The position numbers and the translations under genes were made by a program. Source: Octopus sinensis (taxonomy: Eukaryota). Taken from it: a stretch of 64,000 nt of DNA. Location of the stretch: NCBI RefSeq assembly GCF_006345805.1, contig NC_043009.1:34844001-34908000 (forward strand), written 5' to 3'. Below, one piece after another: positions 25,903 to 38,295 of the stretch (the stretch's first letter is position 1; the number at the start of each line of letters is the position of its first letter). Under the pieces are notes generated by a model that was given only the letters and a program-made list of their open reading frames with translations, was not told where the DNA came from and searched no databases.

Positions 25903-26194
25903 TTTATGCTTTTAAGTTTTTTACAAGAGAAGCATTAAGGTGCTGTATGTTGTAGTTCATGTCTACTTAGGGTTAGTAACCTAACCATTAAGTCGAGGCC
26001 ATTAAATCCATTTTGCCAGTAAAGCGATAAAATAGGTGAATGCTTTCCATTTGTTTCCTTTGAAGAGCACTGTACTAACTTGTATTAATATTCACTTGCA
26101 TACTGTCATGGAGCCATGTTACCTATGGATTTCATTAAATTATAACACAATATCAATAATTACTTGTACATGCACAGGCACTATATACACACCC

Positions 26195-26215
26195 ACACAT
26201 ATATATATATTCATA

Positions 26216-26264
<49 letters not shown>

Positions 26265-26277
26265 GTATATATATATG

Positions 26278-26309
<32 letters not shown>

Positions 26310-26499
26310 AGTATATATATGTATATATATATATATAAGTATATATATATATATATGTTTATATATATATGTATATATATATATGTATATATATATATTA
26401 TATATATATATATGTATATATATATATGTATATATATATATGTATATATATATGCATATATATACATATGTATATATATATATGCATATATATATATAT

Positions 26500-26531
<32 letters not shown>

Positions 26532-26612
26532 TATATTATATATGTATATATATGTATATATGATATATATGTATATATGTATATATATATATTATATGTA
26601 TATATATATATG

Positions 26613-26660
<48 letters not shown>

Positions 26661-26692
26661 CATGTATTTATATATATATATACATATGTATA

Positions 26693-26729
<37 letters not shown>

Positions 26730-26817
26730 TTATATACATATATATATATGTGTGCATACTCACATACGAACATATACGCGCACGCTCACAGCAGACACAC
26801 ACACGCACATACACACA

Positions 26818-26855
<38 letters not shown>

Positions 26856-26860
26856 CTCAT
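26195..26860. repeat. Large compound (TA)n/(TATATG)n/(CA)n microsatellite
   Basis: Direct reading; explains the long YI-repeat ORFs. Confidence 0.95.
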
Positions 26861-27239
26861 ATATATGTAGGAAGTTTGTATTTATGTGTGTGTATGTATA
26901 TGCAGGTTAAATAACGCCTCTTATAGTGCATTTAGTAGTACAGTCAGAAGGAACAGTTTATAGCCCAATATTTTTTATAATGCAATAAGCAACTTGACTC
27001 CTATCATGGAAAATGTGTTTTGTCATAAAGTACTTCAAGAATGAAATATTGCAAAATTGCATTACCTGACAGTGTAGAATCGTTGTTTGTTTATTACTAA
27101 ATGCCTTTTGCATAAAACCTTAGAATTTGTTTCATTCAGTAAATATGGTTTTATGATTATTATGCATGCAAGAAAACCTTTTGATTTAAGAATGACGGTG
27201 TTGCGTTATTAGTTATTTCTTTGGTATTATTGGGCTTTA

Positions 27240-27910
27240 TAAGGGCGGCGACCAGGCAGAAACGTTAACATGTCGGGCAAAATGCATAGCAGTATTTCGT
27301 TTGTCTTTATGTTCTGAGTCCAAATTCCGCCGAGTCGGACTTTACTTTCCGTCTTTTCGGCTTCGAGAAATTAAGTACCAGTTGCATACTGGAATCGATC
27401 TAATCGACTGGCCTCCTCCCCCAAAATTTCGGCCCTTGAGCGTAGAGTAGAAAAAAAAAGAAAAAAGGAAAAAGGAAAAATTTTTGCCCTTGTGCCTAGA
27501 GTAAAAAAGTTTATTGGGCTTTATTAAGGCGGCGAACTGGCAGAATCGTTAGCACGTTGGGTGAAATGTTTAGCGGTATTTCGTCTGCGTTACGTTGTGA
27601 GTTCAAATACCGCCGAGGTCGAATTTGCCTTTCATCCTTTCGGGGTCGATAAATTAAGTACCAGTTACGCACTGGGGTCGATGTAATCGACTTAATACCT
27701 ATGTCTGTCCTTGTTTGTCCCCTCTGTGTTTAGCCCCTTGTGAGTAATAAAGAAATAGGTATTTCGTCTGCTGCTACGTTCTGAGTTCAAATTCCATCCT
27801 TTCATCCTTTTGAGGTCGATTAAATGGGTACAAGTTACGCACTGGGGTCGATGTAATCGACTTACCTCCTCCACGCAAATCTCAGGCATTGTGTTTATAA
27901 TAGAAAGGAT
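27240..27910 (+). mobile_element. Three head-to-tail SINE family A copies
   Basis: Copies at ~27240-27455, 27525-27760 and a truncated copy at 27760-27910. Confidence 0.85.
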
Positions 27911-28449
27911 TATTATATAATAGAAAGGATTATTATATTTTAAACCTCCATAAAAGTATTCATACATTACAGAATAGATATTACAAGGAACATAGCTGAA
28001 TAATCTCTCTTGATATAAAGGTGTTATAAATTAAATTTAGAAAGGATTTCATATATTCATTTAAAGAATGAATATATATTACCGTTGGTATTAATTTTAG
28101 GATTGCTAACTTACTGCTTAACATTAGAGTAGCCTAATTTGTAGGAGGCATTACAGCACAGAGTTTTAAATGCTTTAGAAAACCGCAACAAATTAAGAAT
28201 AGGCGAACGAAATGGAGACATAACATGAACTCTGATCAGCACAGATATATGAAGATATTGAGATGTGCGATATGAGCAAATGAATAGAAACAGAGAAAAA
28301 TTTCAGTACATCAAACAATTCAAATCACCTTGCTATATAGTTTGAAAAAAGAGCCTTGTAATATTAGCTAATGTATTCTTTACGTTCTGAGTTCAAATTC
28401 CTCCGAGGTTGTCTTTGCTTTTCATCCTTTCGGGGTCAATAGAATGGGT

Positions 28450-29915
28450 TAGCATTGCTTTGCGCGTATTTTTGTCTCTTTTAGCCTTCAGCATTTCTTT
28501 CACTGTTTTAATGACTTTATCACTTACCGATTTTAATTCTGTGTCTTGTAATGCGACTGGCAGTACACGTATGACGTTACACAAAACATTTTTTATTTCA
28601 TTTTCCGCTCGCAATGCAGCAGTCACGGTATCATCAAATGGTTTAACACTTTTTGAAATCAGTCTTGGTAAACAATCAGCGTATCCGAATTGCTCAGATG
28701 ATATATACTCCCTCTTGAAATCATAGTTCAATAAAATAGTACCCCAGTGTTGCAACCTATTAGCAGTATGGGTAGGGATTCCTTTCTTCGACCCATATAT
28801 CGATAATAACGACGATGATCAGTCTGTAGCCGAAAAGCTCCACCGTGTAAAACTCTATGAATATTTTTTACGGTAATAATAATAGCTAGATCCTCTTTTT
28901 CGATTTGGCTGTAATTTTTTTCTGCTGATATCAGAGAACGTGAAGCATGAATCCCTGCTTTCATGTTACCATCTTTATAGTTGTGTAACATACTGAGAAG
29001 CATCTCAAATTACTACAATATATACTGCAGGGTGGAGGCGCAATGGCCCAGTGGTTAGGGCAGCGGACTCGGGGTCATAGGATCGCGGTTTTGATTCCCA
29101 GACCGGGCGTTGTGAGTGTTTATTGAGCGAAAACACCTAAAAGCTCCACGAGGCTCCGGCAGGGGTGGTGGTGATCCCTGCTGTATTCTTTCACCACAAC
29201 TTTCTCTCACTCTTTCTTCCTGTTTCTGTTGTACGTGTATTTCAAAGGGCCAGCCTTGTCACTCTCTGTGTCACGCTGAATATCCCCGAGAACTACGTTA
29301 AGGGTACACGTGTCTGTGGAGTGCTCAGCCACTTACACGTTAATTTCACGAGCAGGCTGTTCCGTTGATTCGGATCAACCGGAACCCTCGTCGTCGTAAC
29401 CGACGGAGTGCTTCCCATATACTGCAGGATCGAAGTGTGCTAACGACGAATCAGTTGTTAATATTTTTTTAGTTTCGTCGAACGCCTTCTGATAATTTTC
29501 AAACCAATTCCACTTAACATATTTTTTTAATAGATTATTTAGTGGAACTCATACCTTAGGCCTATTTGGAATATAATTTTGGTAATAATTTGCCAGTCCT
29601 AAAAATGCTGGTAATGCCATTATATTTGTCGGAGGGAGCATATTTTTAATTGCGTCTCGAAGGACCTGGTTGACGTCCATTTTTGTCAATGTTTAGTCCT
29701 AAATATTCCATTTTCGGTAAGAAAGCCGTAATCCCTAATTGTTTCGAATACATATTTTACGTGCTCGACATGCTGGATTCACTCTTTATGAGTATACCAT
29801 CTAGATATGGAATTGCGAATTCAGAGTCCACTGGCATTGCATACACAATCTGTTGAAAAATCGCCGGTGCGACTTTTAAGCTAAATGGTAGCCTGTTATA
29901 CAGTTCTATATTAAA
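28450..29915 (-). mobile_element. Gypsy/Ty3 LTR retrotransposon pol remnant (RT and RNase H), split by a SINE
   Basis: LYNRLPFSLKVAPAIFQQ, PYLDGILI, FLGLANYYQNYIP; ISAEKNYSQIEKEDLAII, LQTDHR, WGTILLNYDF, YADCLPRLI. Confidence 0.88.
29032..29416 (+). mobile_element. tRNA-derived SINE, head A' plus tail X, with a 12-bp target site duplication
   Basis: ggaggcgcaatggcccagtggttagggc head; atatactgcagg at 29020-29031 and 29417-29428. Confidence 0.92.
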
Positions 29916-29974
29916 GAGATGAGGAATTATGTACATTATTTACATTCGACGGATATTCATCCTCATCTTGTGTG

Positions 29975-30022
29975 TTGTTAAACACAACATTTCGGCTGAT
30001 ATACCCTCCAGTCTTCATCAGG
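29975..30022 (-). ncRNA. Hammerhead-like motif (cleavage triplet not evident)
   Basis: cCTGATGA a gactg-gagggtatat-cagcc GAAAT gttg-tgtttaa-caac. Confidence 0.45.
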
Positions 30023-30097
30023 TCTCTTGGGGAAATTTCGAACCTGGGTGGTCATTCCTAAGGTATTTTTTGGTGTTTTTGTTATTATTATTATTGT

Positions 30098-30173
30098 TCA
30101 GGTCACTGCTTGGCATCAAACTCGGAATCTTGGGGATAGGTAGTCCGCGCTCTTAACCATTGCGCCATATGCC
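30098..30173 (-). promoter_or_regulatory. tRNA-like segment with a Pol III A box and decayed B box inside the PLE 3' region
   Basis: ggcata TGGCGCAATGG ttaagagcgcggactacctatccccaagattccga GTTTGATGC caagcagtgacc. Confidence 0.6.
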
Positions 30174-30659
30174 CGTGGGATATTATGGATTGAATTTTAG
30201 GGCTTATAAATCTAATATTTTTCTATTCTTCCTTAATACCGGTTCCCATATGCTGCTCAAATCTGCGCTCGGTCTGCTTAGGAGGTTGTATCCTAGCATA
30301 TGTGCTGCTTCTTTTAGTTTTCGTATTTTCCAGTGGTGTTCTCTGCCTATTATTATAACTTCATCTCACAAGGGTAGGTGGTCTCCATTTTTCCATACAT
30401 GATCAGCTATACCCGATTTATCAATACCTTCTCATGTCACAGCTTTGCGATGTTCATCTATCCTTATTTTGAGGGGGCAGCATGTTTCGCCTTTGCATAA
30501 CCTACCACAGTTGCATGGGATGGAATACACGCAGTCTGTGGTCAAATTCTCTTCTATTGGTGGTTTTACTCGAAGAGTATACTGCATGTCATATAATTTA
30601 CCCCAGTGTCACTTTGATGGCATGCACTGCTTTCTCACCCAATAATAATAATAATATTG

Positions 30660-30668
30660 ATGATGATG

Positions 30669-30727
<59 letters not shown>
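30660..30727. repeat. (GAT)n/(AAT)n microsatellite
   Basis: Direct reading. Confidence 0.9.
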
Positions 30728-30739
30728 TACAGGCAGAGG

Positions 30740-30915
30740 AGTGGCTATAGACGTAGGAGTGGCTGGGTGGTAAGTAGCTTGCTTACAAACTACATGGTTC
30801 CGGGTTCGTTCTCACTGCGTGGCACCTTGGGCATAGGTCCTCTACTATAACCTCGGGCCGATCAAGGCCTTGTGGGTATATTTGGTAGACGGAAGCTGAA
30901 AGAAGCCCGTCGTAT
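30740..30915 (+). mobile_element. SINE family C, 5' half
   Basis: ggagtggctgggtggtaagtagcttgc...gtggcaccttgggc. Confidence 0.8.
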
Positions 30916-30955
30916 ATATATAAGAATAAAAGAATATATATATACGAATAAAAGA

Positions 30956-31006
<51 letters not shown>

Positions 31007-32139
31007 ATATATGCATATGCATATCAATATGTGTATGCGTGTATATATATACATTTGTTGTGTGAGTGGAGTGCATGTGTATATAGAATATCTGTAGATA
31101 TATAAATACACAATTCAATTGCTTCTGTTCAGGAGTTTCATTAAAAATTATATTCAAAATTTTATTGTCCAAAAGCTTTTCGTACCTCAGACAATACTGC
31201 TTCAAATTTTTATAGCTTTTCTATATTGTGCTCACTCGTATAATGAACCTAATCTATGCAGCCAATATATCTACAGGCATAAAGGACAAAACGTCGGTTC
31301 CCCTTAAATGCTTAACGTTAAAACTGATGTGACGAGATTGAAAGAAATATTAAGATATTAGCTTTGAATCGTAACTGAAGGTGGGGAATATAATTTCATA
31401 ACTAAAACTAATCGCAGAAGAAATTAAGAATCAATACATAGCCTCAATGAAAAATGCGTAGAATAGTAAATGGCCCACATAGCATAGTGTGTTACAATCA
31501 GCCTGCTATGCTATTCGAGTTGCGGAAGTCAAGTATGAAATAGATTTTCCATTGATTCTCCGCTTTACTTGCGTGTCAATTTTCTTTTTCTTGCGAGGAA
31601 CTATGAACACCGAAACAATGAATTACTTTGCTTTTACTAAACCTGGGATATTGTTAGAATTATCTTTGCTAAGAACGTCAACTTTAGTTGTGTATAATTT
31701 GCAATGATTCTATTTTAGCAACAGGACAGAAAGTGTGCATGGATATGATTTATCCAGACTTGAAACTATAGTTAACGGAGATTTTTATGTAAAGGATATA
31801 TAATGTCGATATATAAACATAATCATACACCTGCAAAAATACGTGGAAATATTTATATTATTAACAACAAATCTCACAAAATTTTATATATGAAATATTA
31901 GAGATAGTTTTTCTACAAATATTTTGTCTGCAGTTCTTCATTTTTCTTAATTTTCTTGCTTTCCTTCAATTTTTTTTATTGCCATCGGATACAAATAACA
32001 AACAAATCAGTAAATATTTGGATTACTATAATAAAATTCATTATAACTGAAAATAAAAAAATTAGGTTAAAATTGTGTTTTTACCGTCTCAGATTGAATA
32101 ATGACCCACGGTTTCCTGTTTCCAGAATTAACGACATGT

Positions 32140-32325
32140 TATCATCATCATCTGGTCGAGCTTGCTCGACATTTTTAATCAGCGTACGCCATCGATCTTG
32201 ATCCTGCGTTAATCAAGGAAGTTCTTCAGGGAGCTATCTGGGTTCTGGTAGTTGGTCTACATACGTTGTGTTCAGACGACCTGCTCGAGGAGAGCCATGC
32301 TTTGGTAGTCATAACAGTAGGTTTA
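32140..32325 (-). mobile_element. 3' end of an RTE/RTEX-type LINE
   Basis: PKHGSPRAGRLNTTYVDQL..EEL..QDQDRWRTLI followed by a (GAT)n tail. Confidence 0.65.
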
Positions 32326-32599
32326 GCTCGTACAATAACAAAAGAAGCATGCACATCATACACATTAAGAATACTAAGTACAAATCAAATTATGACAATA
32401 ATCACAAAGATATAAATAATATATACTAAATTCCTTCTTTTGCAATAATCTTAAAATTTATATTGCACTTTAACTCTACAATCACAAAAATCACTCATAT
32501 TATCACTGGAAATAACAGATGGGTTGGGGCGAGTAATCTCCCCTTGATTGTTATGTAAGAATGGAGCATTTACATTTCGTTTATTATGGGGCAGACTGA

Positions 32600-33065
32600 G
32601 CATGCGTTGAGCATAAAATTTATCTGGTGTAATAGAATTTAGAGAAGATATATATCTAAATAATTTACGAGTAACTGAAAAGCCATATCGAAAAATCGTG
32701 CTGTGGAATAATTCACACTAAATCAAAAAATGTAATTTTGCCAACCTCCCTTACCAGTTTCGTGAAGCTACAGATAAGAATTTCTCAAAAAATTCAAGAT
32801 ACCATTCCATTATCAATTCACACCGAATTAGAATAAGGTTATCAGACACCAAAAACCATTCACAAATCATCTCTTCGCATAACAATAAGTTATTAAATAC
32901 AAATCCACGTAATGAAAATAATAACATTGATATTATTAACACTAACGATTCTTTGAACAATAATAACAATATTAGTATTTCTGATATAAATTCGAATCGT
33001 ACTCGTTTCCTTAGCAGTCATTCTAAGACTAGAAACTATGTTTATCAATGTAAAATTACTTCCGG
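32600..33065 (+). mobile_element. Penelope-like linker/GIY-YIG remnant
   Basis: RKIVLWN; DKNFSKNSRYHSIINSHRIRIRLSDTKNHSQIISSHNNKLLN; NYVYQCKIT. Confidence 0.75.
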
Positions 33066-33384
33066 TTCTGAGATTTCTCTTCTTTTTTTTTTACATAGGT
33101 AGGTTTTCATCGAAAAGAATATCTAATCATTAATCCAAATTTAGATATACTAATAAACGCAGCAATACTGGGCTTAGTAAATTTATTTGGCTTCTAAAGG
33201 AACATAATAAACAATTTGATTTGGAATATTCTATCTAGATCCTTTCCATATGATGAAGGTAAATCTTTTTGTCCGTTCTGTAACGAAGAACAATATCTCA
33301 TTCTGCTCTCGGAGAATTCTTGTAAACACGTTTAAAGAACGCGTTTATCGTTTCAAACATTGGCAATGAGATAGGCCCTTCCAG

Positions 33385-33688
33385 GTTTTGTCCCCACTTC
33401 CATGAACATCTTATGTGGCTACTACAGTCCACAGATCTCAATATTATTGAACAGTTATGGTGCATTTTAGAAAAACAAGTAAGGAGTCGATATACTCCAC
33501 CATCATCACTGCAAGAACTGGAGACTGTTTTAGCTGAAGAATAGACAAAAATTTAATTGGAAATAATGCAAAATTTCTACGAGTCCATACCTTGTAGAAG
33601 TCAAGCTGTAATTACTGCCAAAGGCGGTCCTAACCCGTATTAAAATAAATTTGAAATTTTAAGGTGTTTCCATTATCTTGCCCAACCA

Positions 33689-33693
<5 letters not shown>
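33385..33693 (+). mobile_element. Tc1 (DD34E) transposase C-terminus and right TIR
   Basis: QSTDLNIIEQLW..SLQELETVL..SIPCRSQAVITAKGGP; TIR aaggtgtttccattatcttgcccaaccactg followed by TA. Confidence 0.85.
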
Positions 33694-33722
<29 letters not shown>

Positions 33723-33723
33723 C

Positions 33724-33774
<51 letters not shown>

Positions 33775-34002
33775 GGGAATAAAAGCGATTAACAAATCCA
33801 GGGAGATATCAAGAAACGAATTTCATTTTAAACGAATTTGGTTAACTAGATCAAACAATTAGATACCGATACATACAAGTAGAATCAACATCTATGGGAA
33901 TTCCTCATGTATGACAAGTAAATCCAAATATCCTTTGGAAGAATTTCAAGAAATTCAGAGTATTAAACAATAATGTATATACATACATACATGTATATAT
34001 AT

Positions 34003-34280
34003 ATCACCTTGACCGACCAGGGTATCAGATATTGCTACACATTGCTGGTCACAATGCGCTCCGCATTGTTTTAGCCTTCAAATAACGCCACCCCGCTGGC
34101 TAAGCGAGCAGGCCAACAGAAGAAAGAGTGAGAGAAGGTTGTGGCGAAAGAGTACAACACGGATCGTCACCACCCACTGCCGGAGACTCGTGGAGCTTTA
34201 GGTGTTTTCGCTCAATAAAACGCCCGGTCTGGGAATCGAAACCACGAGTCCGTTGCCCTAACCACTGGGCCATTGCGCCT

Positions 34281-34282
<2 letters not shown>
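34003..34282 (-). mobile_element. tRNA-derived SINE, head A' plus tail Y (RTE-like)
   Basis: Same head as 29032; tail gcattgtgaccagcaatgtg...ggtcggtcaaggtgat. Confidence 0.85.
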
Positions 34283-34353
<71 letters not shown>

Positions 34354-34690
34354 AATATATATATATATATATTATATATATATATATATATACATACAAG
34401 TGGCTTCTTTCAGTTTCTATCTTCCAAATCTACTCACAAGGCTTTGGTCGGCTCGAGGCTGAGGCTATAACATCCTCCAGTTGGTGACTCAGCAGAGCTG
34501 ATCAAATCACTGATCCTCATGTCCTCCTCTGTGTGTATGTGTGTATGTGGATGAGTGTATGTGTGTATGTGTGTGCATGCTTAGGTATAACCACACTAAT
34601 AACCTGGTTTGGAACTCAATATATATAGTGGTATATGGTTCAGAATAAGTGTCTATTGTGAACAGAACGTAATAAGAAATTATATATATA

Positions 34691-35650
34691 CTAGCAGAAT
34701 GACCCGGAGTTGCCCGGGTTACTGCTGTTCTTTTTCAGATTAGTAAACAATAAATATGAAGATATTTTTTTCTCATAATTATTTCAAAATATCTACATTT
34801 TATTATAAAGTATCCAAATTGTAATGCTAATCGAATTTAGAACTGAAAATCTGTCAATCTTGAAGCATCTCAGGGTAAACATTCTTCACTGTGTAATTTT
34901 CTGTTGGTATCCAAATGAATAAATTGTTGATGCTTCCAACTCATGAGCAAGCAATATAGAGTTGGCCGTGGAAGAAGCATGTAGTAGAGAGATCAAATCC
35001 AACCGTGAGATTTGTTAACTGAAATGGTAAAACTTAGTTTGACAGGAAACTAGTACCTTTTAAATTCAAATGGAACATCTGTAGGTATGAGAGAAATAAA
35101 GACATTTTCTCCTTAGTGACTACCTGTTATGATTGTTGACTCTAGGACACGAGGCTTTATGGAATTAACAATTAAGCGAGTTCCATTACACAGGCGAAGT
35201 GGGTCAAGATTCCTAAGCAACATAATTGGAGCAACCCAGCTATAGTGTCAAGTTATGCGGTGGCATCCCAGTGGGCTTAAGTGTGTTCAGAAATTCAGCA
35301 GGGTATTGAACAGTCTGATCTTGATCGACCGTTGTGTCACTTGATCGAAAAGTCATTTCTGATGTATCTGTTAACTTTTGAAGAAGATCATGATTGAGTT
35401 TATCAACCATTTCATTATTTGGAACTAGTATAGCTCTTTCACATAACCAGTTTACATCAATGTAATTGACAGATAATTAGGAAATACTTTATCCATAACA
35501 TCCCTAAGAGAAAGTACCATTTGACCGCATGTAATTTCATGTAGCTGAAGTCTTGGTTTGAATGTTAATACCTCATTACCAATTTTAAGAAGCTCCTCTG
35601 AGAATTCACCAACTGTATGACCACCTTGTAGAAGTACTCTCATGCTGCTT
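34691..35650 (-). mobile_element. Helitron 3' remnant: PIF1-type helicase C-terminus, hairpin and CTAG end
   Basis: NMRVLLQG..LLKIGN..WLCERAILVPNN..YPAEFLNTLKPTGMPPH..LCNGTRL..FHGQLYIACS; hairpin cccgg-gcaact-ccggg at 34703-34718 and terminal CTAG at 34691-34694. Confidence 0.9.
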
Positions 35651-37005
35651 GTAGGTTGAATGCGATTTGGCTGTTATTTGCAGAAGGTCGAGTCGCTGCG
35701 TAGACACTATTCTGTTATCTCGATTTTTCACCTAGTTTACAATAAAGTCAACTGTTCCAAATGAGGTCAAGTCTTTTAAGACATGCAGTACTCTATCAGT
35801 TATGGCTATATCATTCATGAAATCAAGCTACATGTTTTATACAAATGAAATGTTTCCTCAACCCGACCATCTGATGACTTTTTCTTATTAAGACGATTTG
35901 AAGAAGGACCTTTGGTTGTGTTTTTTAAATATACTTCGTGTCTAAAACGACCGCTTACATCAACTACGATATTGTTTTGGAAAACAATTTACAGGGTAAG
36001 TATTTTGGTATACATTGAATAAGATCATTGCTGGACATCGTGCGATAGTCGAGATTCGATCCTTCAAATACAGTATCCAATACATCAGCATACTACCAAG
36101 TCAATATTGGCAAAATATCATTCTCACATATCTCTTAAATGAAACCTCATCATTTCAGAGTAATATCATTTAAGCATTTTCTATTATTGTCAATATATTA
36201 TGTAATTAATAATATTTTAGCACAAAAAAATCATATCCTGGGATTCTCATTTCCAATGTTATTTTTGCAATTAAATTATACTATATTAACTTTCAAATTA
36301 TGAGTTTTCATGATTTCCAGGAAAAGAACATTCGAAATTATTGGTTTTTAGTTTACCTCAGAATCAAAATCACGTCCCATCCCACATACAAACACACACA
36401 CTGATGTAAAAAATAATTTCATGAAAATTGTCATTGCACAACAACAGTATAGAAACAAGTGAATATTATGTAGCGAATTGAACATTTCTTTGCGGTAAAT
36501 TAATTTCTGAAAATGACTGAATGTTAATTTTGCTTGATGAACATCCATATAACAGCAAACTTACATCAATAAATATTAAGATTATAAATACAAGAAGTGA
36601 AGTTGAAGTTAACCACACTATGTAAAATGTGTGTTTGTGTGTGTTGCAAAGGAAAGACGGAAGATGAAATATGTGAGTGTTTATTTCTAATCACGACAAT
36701 TGTTTCGACACATCTAGCATCGATTCCTTTCATTTGCCATATACCTAACGATCACTGTGAAAGTGACTGTGCTTTACCAGTAAGCTATCAGGTGTAAACC
36801 ATTCGTTTTATTATCCATTATATATATATATATAAAGAAAACAGAAAATGGAGATAGAGATACACAAGCAAAATGGAATGTTTACAACCGTATTCAACTT
36901 TTCGGTTTTTTCTCTACGCTCTTCTTTTTTTTATTTATTCTTCACTCTGGTGAAGCTCCGCGTTTCAGATCGGTTTCATTACCAAATATTCTTTTATTTT
37001 TTTAT

Positions 37006-37371
37006 GCTTTTACTTGTTCCAGTCATTTGACTGTGGTCATGCTGGAGCACCGCCTTTAGTCGAGCAAATCGACCCCTGGACTTATTCTTTGTAAGCATAG
37101 TACTTATTCTATCGTTTTCTTTTGCCAACCGCTAAGTTACGGTGATGTAAGCACACCAGCATCAGTTGTCAAGCGATGTTCGGGGGACAAACATCACTTG
37201 ACAACGCACACACACACACAAACACACACACACACACACATACACACATATACATATATATATATTTATATATATATACGACAGGCTTCTTTCAGTTTCC
37301 ATCTACTAAATTTGAACTCAGAGCCATGTCGTTGGTAGGCAAGCTACTTACCACACACCCACTCCTGCGCC
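37006..37371 (-). mobile_element. SINE family C
   Basis: Reverse-complement head, (CA)n and tail. Confidence 0.85.
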
Positions 37372-37514
37372 TATGATAAATATTTTTAGCATAACAATGT
37401 TAATACTATACAACATTGGAAGCAGAAACAGCTGTTAGATGGGATGTTATTTGTATTGAATTAATAAGTAGTAATTGATGTAAGTCAATTGTTCTTCAAT
37501 ATTTCTCCATTTTT

Positions 37515-37705
37515 AATGTGGCGAGCTGGAAAAAACGTTAGCACACCGGCTGAAATGCTTACGGTATTTTCTCTGTCTTTACGTTCTGAGTTCAAATTCT
37601 ACCGAGGTCGGCAGTGCCTTTCATCTTTTTGTGGTCGATAAATTAAGTACCAGTTGTGTACTCACCAAAAATTTTGGGCCTTGTGCCTAGAGTAAAAAAG
37701 AATAT
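37515..37705 (+). mobile_element. SINE family A
   Basis: gcgagctggaaaaaacgttagcac head plus core. Confidence 0.75.
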
Positions 37706-37853
37706 TTCTCCATGTTCTATTTCCTTTAAATTTTGATTCTTGATAACTCAGGTTTATCTTTGTCTTTACCTATAATTTATGAGCATAATATGCTTGCATT
37801 TGTATGCCCATGGTTAAACATAGGTAAGATACCGGTAGTGTAATGGATACTTC

Positions 37854-37894
<41 letters not shown>

Positions 37895-37987
37895 GTAATA
37901 TATATATGCTGGTTGTCCACGCCTTATGCAGAGTCTGACAACCTCTTGTACCTCCACTTTAGATCCATCATGGCGTCCGATGCGGCT

Positions 37988-38295
37988 GATCTCGAAAAAG
38001 AAGAAATATGCTATATTAAATCTATGAGCGAGACACAAACAGTAGCAATGCAGAATCGCATCACGTAAGGCTGGAGATGGGAGGGATGACCTCCCCTTGC
38101 AAATACTGATCGGGCACAGAACGTGTGTTGTTAGTCAGCTGAAGGAGATGTCTTCCTGGAGCTATAAACGTCAGTAGCACTGTCCTGTACAGGACGCCAC
38201 ACTTGGTTGGCAATTATATGTTACGATTGCGTATTGCTACTGTTTATATCTCGCTCAGAGATTTAATATAGCTTTATTTCTCCTTTTTCGAGATC
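37988..38295. repeat. Foldback with ~75-bp imperfect inverted arms
   Basis: gatctcgaaaaagaagaaatatgctatattaaatctatgagcgagacacaaacagtagcaat / attgctactgtttatatctcgctcagagatttaatatagctttatttctcctttttcgagatc. Confidence 0.88.

Larger units (their letters stand above)
29925..30640 (-). mobile_element. Penelope-like element 3' portion: GIY-YIG domain, tRNA-like module and hammerhead-like motif
   Basis: CVYSIPCNCGRLCKGETCCPLKIRIDEHRKAV..DKSGIADHVWKNGDH..EHHWKIRKLKEAAHM..SSIWEPVL; stop codon at 30204-30206. Confidence 0.85.

Noticed and set aside
29032-29105. tRNA genes at SINE heads (also 42787, 34210 and 30098)
   Set aside because: The acceptor stems do not close and each continues into SINE or PLE body sequence.
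30204-30640. Selenocysteine recoding of in-frame TGA codons in the PLE ORF
   Set aside because: The TGAs sit at positions expected to be Trp (TGG) or Arg (CGA), which is ordinary decay; no SECIS was recognised.
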